Shown: positions 37,301 through 50,589 of the stretch, piece by piece
How positions within the stretch are numbered: position 1 is the stretch's first letter
Layout: every line of letters starts with the position of its first letter
The notes under the pieces: model-generated
What the model saw: the letters and a program-made list of their open reading frames with translations, nothing else
The model's database searches: none
What the model was told of the DNA's origin: nothing
Translations under genes and position numbers: made by a program
Source: Tubiluchus corallicola
Lineage: Eukaryota > Animalia > Priapulida
NCBI GenBank assembly: GCA_030141605.1
Contig: JAQGDQ010000010.1
Span: 1,116,001 to 1,180,000, forward strand
Length of the DNA: 64,000 nucleotides
Reading direction: 5' to 3'

Positions 37301-40280
37301 ACGCTAGTGATATAAGTACTTAAAATTTGACTGAACCGAATTAGCAATCACGTGTGAGCTTGGCATGAATTGGTTACATAATGGGCAAGGTGGCCATCAA
37401 AATTTTTTGTCAAGTTCAACCCCTTGCGGTGTTCAATTGCAAGCGCAGGATATTGTCAGCATGTCAAATAATTTATAGAGAAAGACATGTTTAAGCACCA
37501 CAACTTTTCACTTGTCCTCCAAAAAAAAGAAATCAGCATTCGGACAGAACAGAAAACTGTGCCAAAAGGGAACTAGAGTCTACGACTGCATTATTGCTAC
37601 TCACAACATCTTGGAAATGGTGACAGTGCTGTATCCCGGCCCTGCAGGCACTGGCAGTCCACAATAGCATTTCCTCGCAACGTGAATCCTAGCATACACT
37701 CCACTCGTAGGCTTTCATTACAGGGTAGAAAACTGGTCTCTGGGATGAGTCTGAGATTGGTATGCCTGTCTAAACTAATTCTGCATCCTGTAATACACAG
37801 ACGATTTTGAATACCTCCTCTTTTAAAGACTTTACAATCACAATAATAAATTAATACAGTGTATATTTAAATATTTTTGAAATTGCAAACACAGTGGTAT
37901 TTTGACGTGTTAAAATAAATAGGCGAATTATTGTCTATGTAACATGTTTTGTCACTCGCTCAAATCGGGCCAAATCGTATGCGTATTCCTAATATACCCT
38001 TGAACAATCGGGATTTGGAACAGACTTCCACCCAAAGCAGTAAACGTTATTTCCTTAGACATTCCGGCGACACTTCATACTTTTGTTTCCTGAGAATTTA
38101 TTTGAATTAGGCTATACTAATGGCATAGCATAGTATTTATTATTGTTAATTATTACATAAATGTTATTTATTGTTAATTAATATGATAAAAATGCGCGTA
38201 AGAAAATGATGACATATTTTATTTCGAGCTATGGGAAATCTTGCAAGATAACCTATACATTAGATAGTAACGCTTTCTTAGTTGCTTACGTAATATTGTC
38301 TTTAGAAACGTCCATTGTTTTCTACGTTTACAAAATTCTTTCTAGATTCAAGTCAATTCATGTTTCAAAGGTTAAATACTGTAAACGAATCGTTTTAAGG
38401 TTTTATATGAGATAGTCAGCTTTGATTTAGGTTTCATAGTATCACAGCAGCGCACATTGTAAAGTTCTTGCACTAGATGGCACTATTCCTGCACACATGG
38501 AAGGATTGTCATTTGTACAAGATTTTGTATGCAGACGAATAACAGCACTCAACACCTTGTTCATTTTGAGATATGGAATGGCCACGCACACGTTGACGTC
38601 ACCATTCCAATTTGGCTTTTTTGGGCTTCTGAAATTAACGACTAAAGAGCAAAGAATGGAGATTTCCCCATTACAACTTACCATTACGACTGAATCCAAA
38701 AGGATCAGTTCCTCCAGCACGTCCTCTGCTTTCTGTCCAGTTTCCTATAAAAGTCACAGATTTTTGAATTGCAAACTTTGACGAAGTAAGGTTCTGCTTT
38801 AACATCAGATAAATATTAGCAGAATAGTAATAGTAAACATAAAAGGATATGCAAATTCTCGAAGTTTCTACTAAAAAATTATATAAAGCGATTCACAAAA
38901 AATAATCAGAAAGCTTTCCCCAGAAAAATCGATAGTGCTAAATCAGACTGTTTGTTGAATATCTCACGCAAAACGAAAATCTCGTCAAAAGCTTAGAGTC
39001 GTTAACGTTAAGAGTTAGGTGAATATGATATAATACAGGCCATATAGATTTCAATTTTAAAATGTCTGTGTGTATTTGAAGACTATTATTTTGTAACTAA
39101 TAATTTGCTGGAGTGTAGTAGCTTATTGTAACTCTTCTGACTCCTTAATTTGATGGGTCAATCATGCATTTGCATACAAACAATTTACAGAAGTTTATTG
39201 CGAGATAGAGTTGAATTTCAAATGGCGTGTGAGGTGCAGTCTACAAAGCTATACTACTGAAATGGAAGGTCATATTATGTGTCGGGAGACACAAAAATAT
39301 GCTACACAATATCGGGTAGCCTTGCAGCTACAGCACCATACTACTGACATGCAATGTCACCTGGGTTCACAAGTCGCTAGCGTCACGTCAATAACCTAAA
39401 AAGTAATTATATGCTGATAATTAATGACAGATAAACTTCAACTGCACAGAGTTATTACTGTATCAAGTATCATGGTATCAAGAGGTAGTATCAAGAAGAG
39501 ACAAATGGGCATTGTTTTTAATTTAAATATTTTTATATATAGAAGACCTTAATTTGAACTACACTGATGATTGAAACAAATCATTTTTAAATTAATTTCC
39601 TGTTCTGTCTGTGTTATTTTACTGTCTCTAGTCATAATTTTTGTGGTCGGGAGAATTACTGTGATCTTTGTAGCATTAAATTAAAGTGGGCGACACGATT
39701 GCTTTCATACTTGTTCTTTGCAATTATATTACAAAAGCGAAGTAGTACGCTGCTACTTTTTGGGCCTTTATACAAAACCTTCAACCACTACATTACAATT
39801 GTTTTATTTTGAGGCTTTCGGTAGAACTCCATCCATTTTACTTTACCAATGATTGGACGACATGACTTCATCAAATAACGTACTTCGTTGTGACTAAGGG
39901 CCTAATTAGCCCTGAACTGCTTTCAGAATAAAACAGCAGACCTTGATTATAGTACAAACTCGCAAGTAATTAAATTTTGTTACAAAACTTGAAAGACAGG
40001 AAATGTGAAAAAATTGGGATACCGCCTGGATATGAAATCAAGGAGCTTCTGCTTACAAGGCAGATGCTTTAGACCACCGTATCACCAGTCATTAAGACAG
40101 TCCAAAGTTCATCACGGTTGACCTTAATACACCTAGGTTATATGTACCTGAAGTGTCGTTCGCAGGAGTATCATTTTGTGTGGTCATTGTAGTTGCCGCA
40201 GTGACCTGCATGATGACCATCACAGTCGACCAAAAAGCGGTTGCGGTCATACAAAAAAGAGAACATCGCTGTGGCGTCAT
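34361..40280 (-). CDS. Uncharacterised type-I membrane protein with three sushi/CCP-like domains, ~434 aa, 7 exons
   Basis: Exons 40280-40148, 38744-38682, 37787-37605, 37086-36862, 36543-36319, 35563-35416, 34688-34361; total 1305 nt, in frame. Signal peptide-like N-terminus; three phase 1-1 exons with CCP patterns (VECMLGFTLRGNAIVDC; YTCGKGMTIAGSNTARC..W..KPAC; ISCDG..LSGSPNMTC..W....PRC); TM GIGIAIGVLALIAMIIAGLVFYMW. The first two exons are less certain. Confidence 0.8.
40016..40090 (-). pseudogene. tRNA-Thr(TGT)-like pseudogene or tRNA-derived SINE head
   Basis: Intact anticodon arm tctgc-CTTGTAA-gcaga; A-box-like ggtggtctaaagc; decayed B box (gatttcatatcc) and poor acceptor stem. Confidence 0.55.
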
Positions 40281-43200
40281 TTCAAGGATCACTTTTCCAC
40301 GAACAAGTCGATTTTTTATGATCAAATTCCTTAGGCAACTCGTTTAATCGATCAACAAATCTTTTGGTGAAAAACAGACGCACAACTTAAAGATTCTGCT
40401 AAAAATTCATCTAAAAACACTACACTGTAAATTTATTCGCCTATATTTTCTGCATTTCTGCATTCTTGTCTTTTCGTGTTATACATTTTCATACATTTAC
40501 ATCAATTCCATGTACAAAAGTACACAATCCTGCATGAAACTAAATCGTTTGCTGATAATTTTACACTATCGTAAAATCTAAATTATTAAATTATAGCTAT
40601 TCAAGTTGTAGAAGTTCTGTTATTCAAATGCACATCCTGAACTTCGACGGTGACTGGAAAAATATCATCGGTATACGACGGGAAATAGGAAACGTATTTC
40701 CTCGAGGTTCCATCAACGTAAGGAGTGAGCCATCATCATTCAAGTACGTCATCAGATAGGCCTAGTTACATGTTCCATCGCTTGTAGAAAATGCACTTAT
40801 ATTTGTACGCCCATCTTTTCTAATGTTAAGTTTTGTTGCTATCTTAGACCTAATTTTAACCACTTCTTTTTAAGCGTTTGCCATTGCAGCTTTAACATTA
40901 CATTTTCACAATAGAAACAACGGTTTTAACGTATATGGTAGAAAAACAATGCCTCGTTTGGCTGTCTGACATACATTTCGTGATATGCGTAAACTCATTT
41001 AGAAAACTCACTAAAATGCCAGTATGACAATAAAATTGTGCATTTATTACAGTTATTATAGTAATTATCGTGTCTCTGCTATACGCCTGAATATGAATAT
41101 GAAAATATAATAGTACCAACTTATTCTCTAAGGGCTTGTGTAGATGGCGCAGCTGTGATTGCACGGTTTCAAAATCGAGATCTTGTAAAGTAGAATAGCT
41201 TAATAGGAGTACAGATATATCCGTAAATTCCATCCCTTACGAACTCAGAGACAAAACTTTACCTACAAAAAAATTAATGTCTTCATAAAAGACTACTTAT
41301 GCGCCTAATCTAAGCTTAGTAGACTACAAAGCGAAATCTGACAGCCAACAATTAAGCTAAATATTAAGGGTAATTCTTTAAGATGATATACTGAACCGAG
41401 AAAGATATCTGAGCCAGGTACGGACGTATATACATCCTTCCTCATCAACGTACATAGAAGGACACAGTACTGATAGATGAAAGCATCCAGAAAAAAGTAG
41501 TTTTCCCCGAAAGTTGCCAAATCCTTTACTAAATTTGCTGCTGCTTAACTAGGATGACACCTGTGTTAATATGATTCAGATTTCAATAACTGATTTTTAA
41601 CGATCGAATCAACTTATAATTATTTTTGACGCGTGAGTTATGTAGCTATGAAAGGCAGGTGGTGGATTTGAGTTAGATTGCGCATGACTCTTACGGGGTA
41701 GCTTACTATTCATTTCTTCTTTTTCTTCACTTCTTTGAAAGCTTTCCTTGCTCGATTTTTATTAAATCGTTTTTTTTCATAAATTTGTTTCTTAATTCAT
41801 TCATTTATTATTCATCCATGCCTTCCTTCATTTATTCATTCATTCTATCATTTTTCACTCATTTATTCATTCGTCTAATTATTCATTAAATCGCCTATTT
41901 TATTCTACAGATATTCTACCAAAATCATATTCTAACGAAATGCCGTTATGGATGAAACGCGTTTTCTTCTACACTCAGCATTAAGAACTTTCTGCAAGTC
42001 AGGACTTATTTAAAATTGCCACTTCGAGATGCTTTCTTGATTACTTAGATGGAAAGCCGAAATTTTGTTTATATTTTGCCAGGCGTTGGGAAAAACGTCC
42101 CCATTTCCATGACAACGGTTAAAATAGTCGACAGAAGCCAGCCGATGGCTTCATCGTGCACTGTGTGATGCAGCTGTAGAGAGTGTGGATTGTGGAGCCG
42201 TGTGTCGCTTCTCTTTTCTCCATCTGTATCGATTTGGAGGGTTTTACATTGAAAACACGCAACGCGAAGAAGACGTCAATCTTTGCAATTTAAGCTTTCT
42301 GGCCAGTTTAAAGCAACGGTGTTGGTTTAGTCACATGCAGCACTGGGTCTGCTCATTCATCTCTGTCATGTATTTATTACTCTTGCAGCGTCTTAGCTCT
42401 ATGGAAACTGTGGTGAGTGATTGCGCTATTTTATCCGCTAAACTGTTCGCTAAATTTCTCTGTCAATGCAAAATTGCGAAACCACAAAATGCTAGTGTTT
42501 ATGCTGGCGATACCACTGTTATAGCCGATGCCTGTACTTCGACCGTCGTGTTCTTGTAAGGTTATACTACCGCTAACAAATTGAACCGTGATTTATCCGT
42601 ATTGATCTTGACAACATAGTGCCTATAAGCTCGGGATGATTACTCGTGAATACAATGAATTCGTGTGTGAGGAATGGCGAAATTGTAGCTGGTTAAAGTA
42701 GACTTATATGAAGATATGAGCTTGCCAGATCATTTGTAGGTTCCTCTGTTTATAGAATTTTTATACTCGTACTTGTTGCGATCATAATTATGATAAGCTG
42801 GGAGTCGTGATGCGTTAAACTTAATTTTAGGTTACACATTAAATTTTACATAGCGTAGCATGGTCAGGACTTGCTTCGAAGAAAATAAACATCTTCAATA
42901 AAAATTTCCAACATTATCTGTGGTTTGATTACACTGAAATTTTTAAGACTTTGTCTTACGGAGGACGGCAACGAGAGAATAAAAATTTGGAGTATTAGAA
43001 TATCATTAACTACACGAAGGCTACACGTTATTATCTAACGTTCAATAAATTATTAATCTCGGGGAAAAGAAGATATATAATAAAGCCAAATTTGACAACA
43101 ACAATGGAACACTTTCCCTGTTTGCCCACCATGCACTGTTTCATTTTTTATCATAATTTTTGCTTTCCTGCGTATTTTCGTAGTACAAAACGGATTTTTG

Positions 43201-43594
43201 GCGACCCCCTAATGTATTTTTTAAACTATGGGCATTTTGCGCACGATGCCGGAAGCTGCTCGCTTGAAGATCTTGTTATACCTCAACGCGCGCCTAATTT
43301 TAGTCTTGTAAATCATAACTGCAGTGGAGCCGACGCAGAGTATACGAATCTATGTTTGTCTTTTTTGCAGGTTCATGTTTTTTGCAATTTCGACACGCTT
43401 CAGGCGCATTTTTAGTACGAAAGGGTAAATGCTTGGTACTAGAGAACAACTCATCCCCCGGGAATTCTGTTTATGAGATTTGTTTTAAAGAAAATCTCCT
43501 GACATCATTTTTGCCAGCGTCCGAAGACTCAACGTTATGCTTAATCAAAGTTGTCAAGCTTGTAGATAATCACCTAGCCTAATATCCAGCAAGA

Positions 43595-43619
43595 CCCCTT
43601 CAAAAGACTTTTGAAGGGG
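43595..43619. repeat. Perfect 12-bp inverted repeat (palindromic mini-element core)
   Basis: ccccttcaaaag-a-cttttgaagggg, with gccta/taggc in the flanks. Confidence 0.8.
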
Positions 43620-46600
43620 CCTAGGGGTCCAGTAGGCATTGTGGTATATACTCGATGAAAGTGCCTCGATATTCTAAGCAGTCGTGGAGTTTTTGGAATG
43701 TGAGTTTGGTTGCGGCTTAAAATGTGACCTTAGGCTGGCATGTGTAAAGAATTATATCTCGCGGAAACTCTCAAGAAAGCAAATTGAACAGTCATGTTCA
43801 AATGCACTTTGGCATTTGATGTGAACCAAAATTTGATTTTTGATAAAGAGTTGTGCCTTCACTGCCTTGCAATATGTCGTTTTATATATACAGTAAAATA
43901 GCGAGGGATAGTGAGATGGGGTCGGGTATGGGCTTAACCAAGGAGATATTTCACTATGAGCTTGACTCGTTTACGGAAACTAACAGCAGATTATATAACT
44001 AATAAGTAGATATTTGAACAATTGATTTAACATCAGAAGCAAGACTATAGGCGGTTGAACCGTCGGCAGCCATCTTGAACGAATTATTGAATTTAATTTT
44101 GAACGTATGCTTGTTTACAAAAAGCTGATACTTTGTAATTACCTTTGTAATTGTAAATTTACAATCTACACCTCCCAAAGGCTTTAAAATGCTATTCAGC
44201 GTCAAAAATCAACGTGAATTTTCCATGGGAAGAAAAATGCTACATGAGCCACGACAATAATATCTTATTACACGGAGCACTAAAGGCTTAATAAGTATTC
44301 TAATGATAATTTGGTAGAGCTGACTTGTAATTGCATCATCATTCGAGGCATTCCTAATGTCACTAAGTAACCTTTGAATGCATATTGTTGTACAGAGGAG
44401 ACTATTGGTTCAACGAACCATTGTCCCGAACGTCTAATGATTGGCCTGACAGCTGCAAATTTGTTCTACTTTGTGCAGGAAGTAGGTCGTGTGACAAAAG
44501 CTTTACGTCCAATAATTAAATTCCATTTACCAAACTCAAGAATGCTTACATGGCGTCTTTGGTACCATCATATCATTTCTCTCACTTAGTACTAGATGCA
44601 GCCGCGAAAGCCATGCAATTCTTCACTGTCGTACCCTTCAAATATGTCTTCTTGCTTGTCTCAGCAAATCCGCTTGAATTTTGTATCTTTGAACAAAATC
44701 TGCTTATCCGTCAAATCAATCAAGCTTTTCTGCCGAATTTTTCAGACTGATGGAGGTTCCTCTATCTAATGGGTGCGAAGAAAAACCTTGTGATAATAGC
44801 TATCACGGTTTTGCCAGTAAACACATAGCGATGCTCCAGAAACTACTTTTAGAAAAAATTCTTTGTCGTTTTTGCTGTTTTGAACGACCTAGCAAAAAGT
44901 TTCCTTTTCTGGATCAGCACATTTCTGCCGACAACACAGCACCAGTATTCCCTGGGGATACTGGGTCTCTCTAAACTTCGCTTCAATATGAGTTGATGTC
45001 CAGAAGTTATTAACGATTTTATTCAGTGCCCATATTCCCTCAGCTGCAGCGCCGTTTCTTCTTCATTAATCTGAGTGCTGCCATGATGCCATTTTAACCA
45101 GCCATCGCACCAAATTGACAATGCTCATCTTAAAGGGCCTTCAGGCCTAAACTCTCGCGTATAATTAGCTGTACCAGTTGCTTTACATGTTTCCTTCTAA
45201 CTAGCATATGCTGGTGATCACTGATTTTACGTTAACTTTTGTGACATTTTTGAAACCTTCTAAACAGCTTTGCAGAAAGTGGCTTGAAAAATTGGCCAAA
45301 GATCTTCTGGATTACGGTAGGAGTCTGCTTGGTTTTCACTTTCAATGTGCCAAGTAAAAACTTGCAGCTACTATTAAAACCACAATATTGTATATTTTTA
45401 TTTACTTTCCAAAGCACTGATATCTTTATCAGATTATGTTTATGTCGCTACTACGAATAACTAGATTTCCTTCTTCACATTTCTTTTTTTATAGTCTTCT
45501 TTTTCTTTTTTAAAAATTTCTTAAAAGCTTACTATTATTCCTATTTTGCAGCGTTTCATCGACATACCATTGTGCAGTTTAGCCTTTCATCAGTAATATC
45601 ACTGTCACTCCGATAAATATTCTTTGTAGAATTTTCTTTGATACATGCCGTTGAATCAGATCCAAGAAAGCTTGCGTAGTAGTTACCTATCGAGTAGCTA
45701 ACAAGCTTTTTTCCTGACTCCTAAAGTTGCACAAGTAAGGTTTTCTGAAGCTTTTATTGAGCTGGTATATGTAACTCACTTGCCTTATAGCATAATAACT
45801 AAACGTAGTAACCTAATTACTTTATTAAGGATATCTTTTCTAATACTCGGACGTTAAATAATCCACAATCAGTGATAAGCATGAAAAGGCTAAAAATTAG
45901 AGGCACATATACGCGATTCTGAAACGCTCAACTTGCTCAATTAAGAGAAATGGATTTTGGAAATGCTAAATGGAACTTTTGACGAAAATAATTTGAAACC
46001 CAAGAGAGAGTTCAAATGAAAACATTTGTACTTGACATAAGACCGGAAAATGTGTTTGCTGTTCGCTTAACATGCGTGGCTAAGCTTAGTGGTCAATAAA
46101 TTCAAGTTTTTGAAGTTAAATGAAAGCGCCATATTCAGAATTCTCTTGACGAATGTTCTTCGCCGTTTTGTCGTGGTTTTTGCTGCAGTGACCTCCAGTG
46201 TTTCATTGGTTTGGCGCACGTATTTATCTGTCTCAACGCCAGAATTCTTAACGTATTTATCTGTGCTAATCTCTCGCCTTTGTGTCTAATGGCTTTTCTA
46301 TTGCATCGATCTCAGCTTTAGTATAAAGCAAAGGTTGTCAGCTTCCGAAGCTACTGCTGCCATTGCTGAATTTGGCAATCATACGTTTTCATTTAATGCC
46401 TCTCTTAAGTAGTTGCAGTGTGCCTTGATAGTTCTGTCACTGCTTTCTGATTGACGTGAATACGCCGGTACGTTGTCATTATTTATCTTTCATTTTTTTT
46501 ACGATGAATTTGATAGGGCCTCACATATTTCGTGTCAGATATGCTTTTTCAACGATTTCATACAAGTATATTTCCAATGCCCCACCTGCCTTATAATCTG

Positions 46601-47408
46601 GTACTGATGCGTAAGCACGCCTGATATCATTTATATGGAATTCGCTCCCTGGCCGGTTCCCTATCTTCTTTTGAATCGATTATATATTTATTTATTCATT
46701 TCACTTTTATATAATGTACACATTATAAAATATAAAAACAAATTCTAGAAAAAATTACAATCTGCTAAAATAATTACCAAACAGGTTCGTAATTAAGTAA
46801 AAGGGAAGGAAAGGCAACCCTCCCATAGAGTCCATCTCATTAAGCAGCCTCTTGATTAGCTTGAGTCTGGAACGGCAATGATACGTCAAAGGACACCTAA
46901 ACAGAATTAGCTTTGACACCCAAAGGTTTGTTGTTTGTTTGCCTGATTATTTGTATGTTCGTTGTTTTGTTTGTTTCTTCGTTTGTTTATAACTTTAACA
47001 CAGTAGGTTAGAAAAGCAAATCAGCTTAACGTAGTAATGTCCATAAAAATGTCATTTCTAAAAAGAAAAGTAATTTATAAAAAGAATTTTTAAATTAACA
47101 AGATGTTTGTTCTTTCAAAAAGTACAATTCTTGATTGAGATTGTTGCTAAAATGCGCAATACCTTTTTTAAATAATCTCTCTCAGACAAGAATGTTATCG
47201 TGTGATTTCTAAGCTTTTTATTGCTTGAAATAAGTATTGATTGCCTTTTTTGGACATTAGTAAACAAGTAAGCAAATGATTTATTTATCACCTTTTAATT
47301 TCCTCTCATAAGGGCCTGATTGGCTCTGTGATAACAATTAATCTTTATTTGAAAAAAGTCGTTCACAACTGTCTATTTGTAGGGAAGATTTTTACGAAAA
47401 CACGTTAT

Positions 47409-47606
47409 AACGTTGTTTATTTCGTTAAACTTTTAAATGGGTGAATGCCTAAGGTTATGAAGAACAATGTACGAAAATTCGAACAATTTTCATAAGTTTT
47501 ACCATACAACATTGTTTATTTCGTTAAACTGTTAAATGGCTGAAGGCCTAAGGTTATGATGAACAATGCATGAAAATTCGAACAATTTTCAGAAGTTTTA
47601 CCATAC
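47409..47606. repeat. Tandem duplication, 99-bp unit x2
   Basis: aac.ttgtttatttcgttaaact.ttaaatgg...agttttaccatac occurs at 47409 and again at 47508. Confidence 0.9.
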
Positions 47607-49089
47607 TTAACATTTACCTTACAATGATGTTTTACCCAAAAAAGAAAACAAAACATTTATGCAGACTAATATTTGCAGTATTATTTATCATCATTCTAAT
47701 AGTTTTTTCACGTTTATTTCCTTTACAATATTTACGATAATTTTACATTCATGAGTGTTCGTTTCACTTAATTTCTCTCTCTAGTTCAAACATGAAATTC
47801 CGTTACGCAGTTATCTTCGTTTATCAATCTACAACAAAATATCAAATGTTCAGGAGTTTCTTCTTTTCTGTGGACTCTGAGAAAGCTGATTTTTTTTCTA
47901 AAACTAAATTAAATTCATATTTTACTGATACGTTAAAGGCTAAAACCATGGACTTGCATATTAGTATATAAAGCAAGAATAAGTTGCTGGTGGGGCCATA
48001 TTGCCTTCATGCTACAATATATGGCACCTATGAAGTTGCAATAAGGGCAAGAAGAAACTTATGCACGTATAGTTTGCTATGATGCACTATATGTGTTGAC
48101 TCCTTAGATCACGAATTGAGCATAAAAGTAATTATACAGTTTTCCCGCCCATTATTTATTCATGCGTACAGTTGCACGGGGACATCTGGCGGCTGAAAGC
48201 GCGTTTCAACTCTCGAAACTTATCGTGCGATATTGCCTGGCTGTGCCATTAAAATTGCAAGAAGTAAAAAGAGCTCAAAGCTCTTGACACATTCAAAGTG
48301 ATATTAAGATGGGAGATGTTAACAATTTTAAAGCCAGCGGCAACATCGCCTTAAAACCACAGCAGCATCTGGAGAGGCAACTAATTATAGGCGTTAGCAA
48401 ATGACTGATGAGTTTAGAGTAAATAAAGTTCGAGAAAATTTAATATTAGACAACGTGTGCTATGGATGCATTACTACATGCATCGCCTTGGTCATAGCTG
48501 CCGTTTTCAGCTACATTGCCATTTCTATATCATCAATTGACTTGATTGTCATCAAGAACGTTGAGGAGCTTGTCGATGACGCCCAACAAACCACTACTTA
48601 TCTGTTCCGATGGCGTATTTGTCCTGAATGTTAACACCTAGTTGAAAAAAGATATATATGCATTTGAACGTAGCTGATTTAATATGCCATCTTGAAAAAC
48701 TGCTTTTGTGAGCTAGACTTGCCGATAATCTGCTAAATATTTGTTGTTGTGATCATTACTGTCATTGTTGTTGTCCTCATCATAATCACGACTACCATCA
48801 TCATTTTCACCGTCACTTCCATCACCATCGTCATCATCATACCCGCAGAAGAAAATTGCAATTCAGCAATAGAATTTCTCAACAGGCAACCAACATAATT
48901 TCGCATAATCTATGCCACTTAACATGTACTAAACTCTATTAATCTATGAATTAGAGTGGCAGAATAATGACCACATGGTCTTTCACCGCCTTTAATTCTT
49001 TACCGCTAACGTGACATTTTTCCTGTATTTGAATTTGTTATTGTTACATACTTTGAGAGGACAGTGTATGTGTGTTTTTAACTAAGCCT

Positions 49090-49312
49090 ATCTGTATATG
49101 TCTACGCCTGTATTCTTGTCTATTTCTATATCTATCACAATCTACGTCACTATTGTCTGTGTGTACTGTCTATGTCTATGTCTACGTCTACATCTATATA
49201 TATGCCTGTCTATATCTACGCCCATGTCTATGTCTATGCCCATTCATATGTGCAAGTTTTCCATATCTATGCCTGTCTTTTCTTTCTATGTCTGTGTTGT
49301 GTCTATGTCTAC
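49090..49312. repeat. Degenerate (TCTATG)n hexamer repeat
   Basis: Direct reading; it generates the spurious ORFs at 49072-49547. Confidence 0.8.
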
Positions 49313-50123
49313 TTCATCATCAATATTGCCACAATTCAAAATTGTCCTGCTTATCCTCCTTGTAGTCATCGGCGTGAGCAGGGCCAAAATATTCTGTTGC
49401 TGTGCATCCTCTTCATGGCAGCTACATAATTCTTGTATCGTTTGTTGGCAACAAAAATATGGTAGCAACAAGTACAAATTATTCCCGGGAAATATAGTCT
49501 GGCGTCAAATTTATGATATCATTTTCACCATAATTGTTCGTGTTTAATTAAATTCAAACTTATGTCACTTCAGCTGCTCTGTGGGAGCCTCCTGAGTCAC
49601 TGCAATTAACAGTAACCACTCTGTACGGATTAGTTTTATACGGGCTAAATAAGTTTCTAAGCTTGAAATATTTTCTGTTAATGGTAACCTAAATGAAACA
49701 CAAATGCTTTTTTCAATTAAAGTGGAGAAGCAATTCGAACTAGGTCCTGGTTACAACTTGTTATTCTGAACAATAATCTGTCAAGCAGTTTATGAAAAAC
49801 GCAAAAACGAAAATACTTTGCAAAACATTATAACAGATTATTTGTTACATTTTGTCGAAAGTTATAGAAATTGCGCGATATGATAAATGTCTCTTGTTAC
49901 TCGCTTTAGGGTTTTATCGTGTGTTTATGTGTTTAGTGACCGAAGAAAAGCAACACTGGGTCTGGTATTAAATGAATAAGTAACTGTCGGAAATCATTTT
50001 AATAAGGTTTCGTTTGCCATACTGCTTCCAGTTTTTGGTATACATAGCTTCGTGTGCACATCATTTGTTGCACTGGATTTTTCTCACTTGTTTGATATCT
50101 TGGAATATTAAGGTTTTTATTGC

Positions 50124-50589
50124 TGTAATAAATAATAAGTAATAATTATTTGTAATTGTCGAAAAATGTAGATTCAATTCAATAATTCTTTATTTGGCTG
50201 ATTTGAACACAAAACATTAAACTATTTACATAATGAAAATAACAATGCAATAATAAAAACATTAACAGTTTGGAAATTGTACAAATCAGCCTCGAGGAGA
50301 GTAGGAGAGTGAGCTTTCGAGACTCACCCCGAGACTGCGCAAACACATGTAGTACATACAAAATAGCTCAAAGTTAAAACAATATTCAGCTATAAAAGTA
50401 ATTAATGATAATAATACAGACAAATGAGATTAGACGTATTTAAAAATGCCAATCAGTAGGTTAGGTAACGTATTAGTAATAAATCAAATATAAGCTTTTT
50501 AAAACGTTGTAATTAAAGTTCTTTTGCCCAAGGAGGAATTGAGCCCATTGTAGGATAGCAGTATATGAGGGATTTCGGTAACCGTAACA
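50124..50589 (-). mobile_element. Possible solo LTR
   Basis: The minus strand begins TGTTACGG exactly where the LINE ORF2 homology breaks off, contains AATAAA, and ends ..TTACA. Flanks attgc/agtgc form an imperfect 5-bp TSD. Confidence 0.4.

Noticed and set aside
37990-38090. Minus-strand MKCRRNV*GNNVYCFGWKSVPNPDC, a possible pseudo-sushi exon
   Set aside because: In-frame stop and only vague similarity; cannot be supported.
38442-38720. Track ORF with PNWNGDVNVC, which looks like a sushi C-terminus
   Set aside because: Its phase does not fit the neighbouring exons. The 63-nt exon 38744-38682 in another frame, with a gtaagt donor, gives a consistent model.
13369-47606. Tandem duplications (13369, 47409) as CRISPR-like arrays
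   Set aside because: Only two adjacent units each, no spacers, and eukaryotic context.
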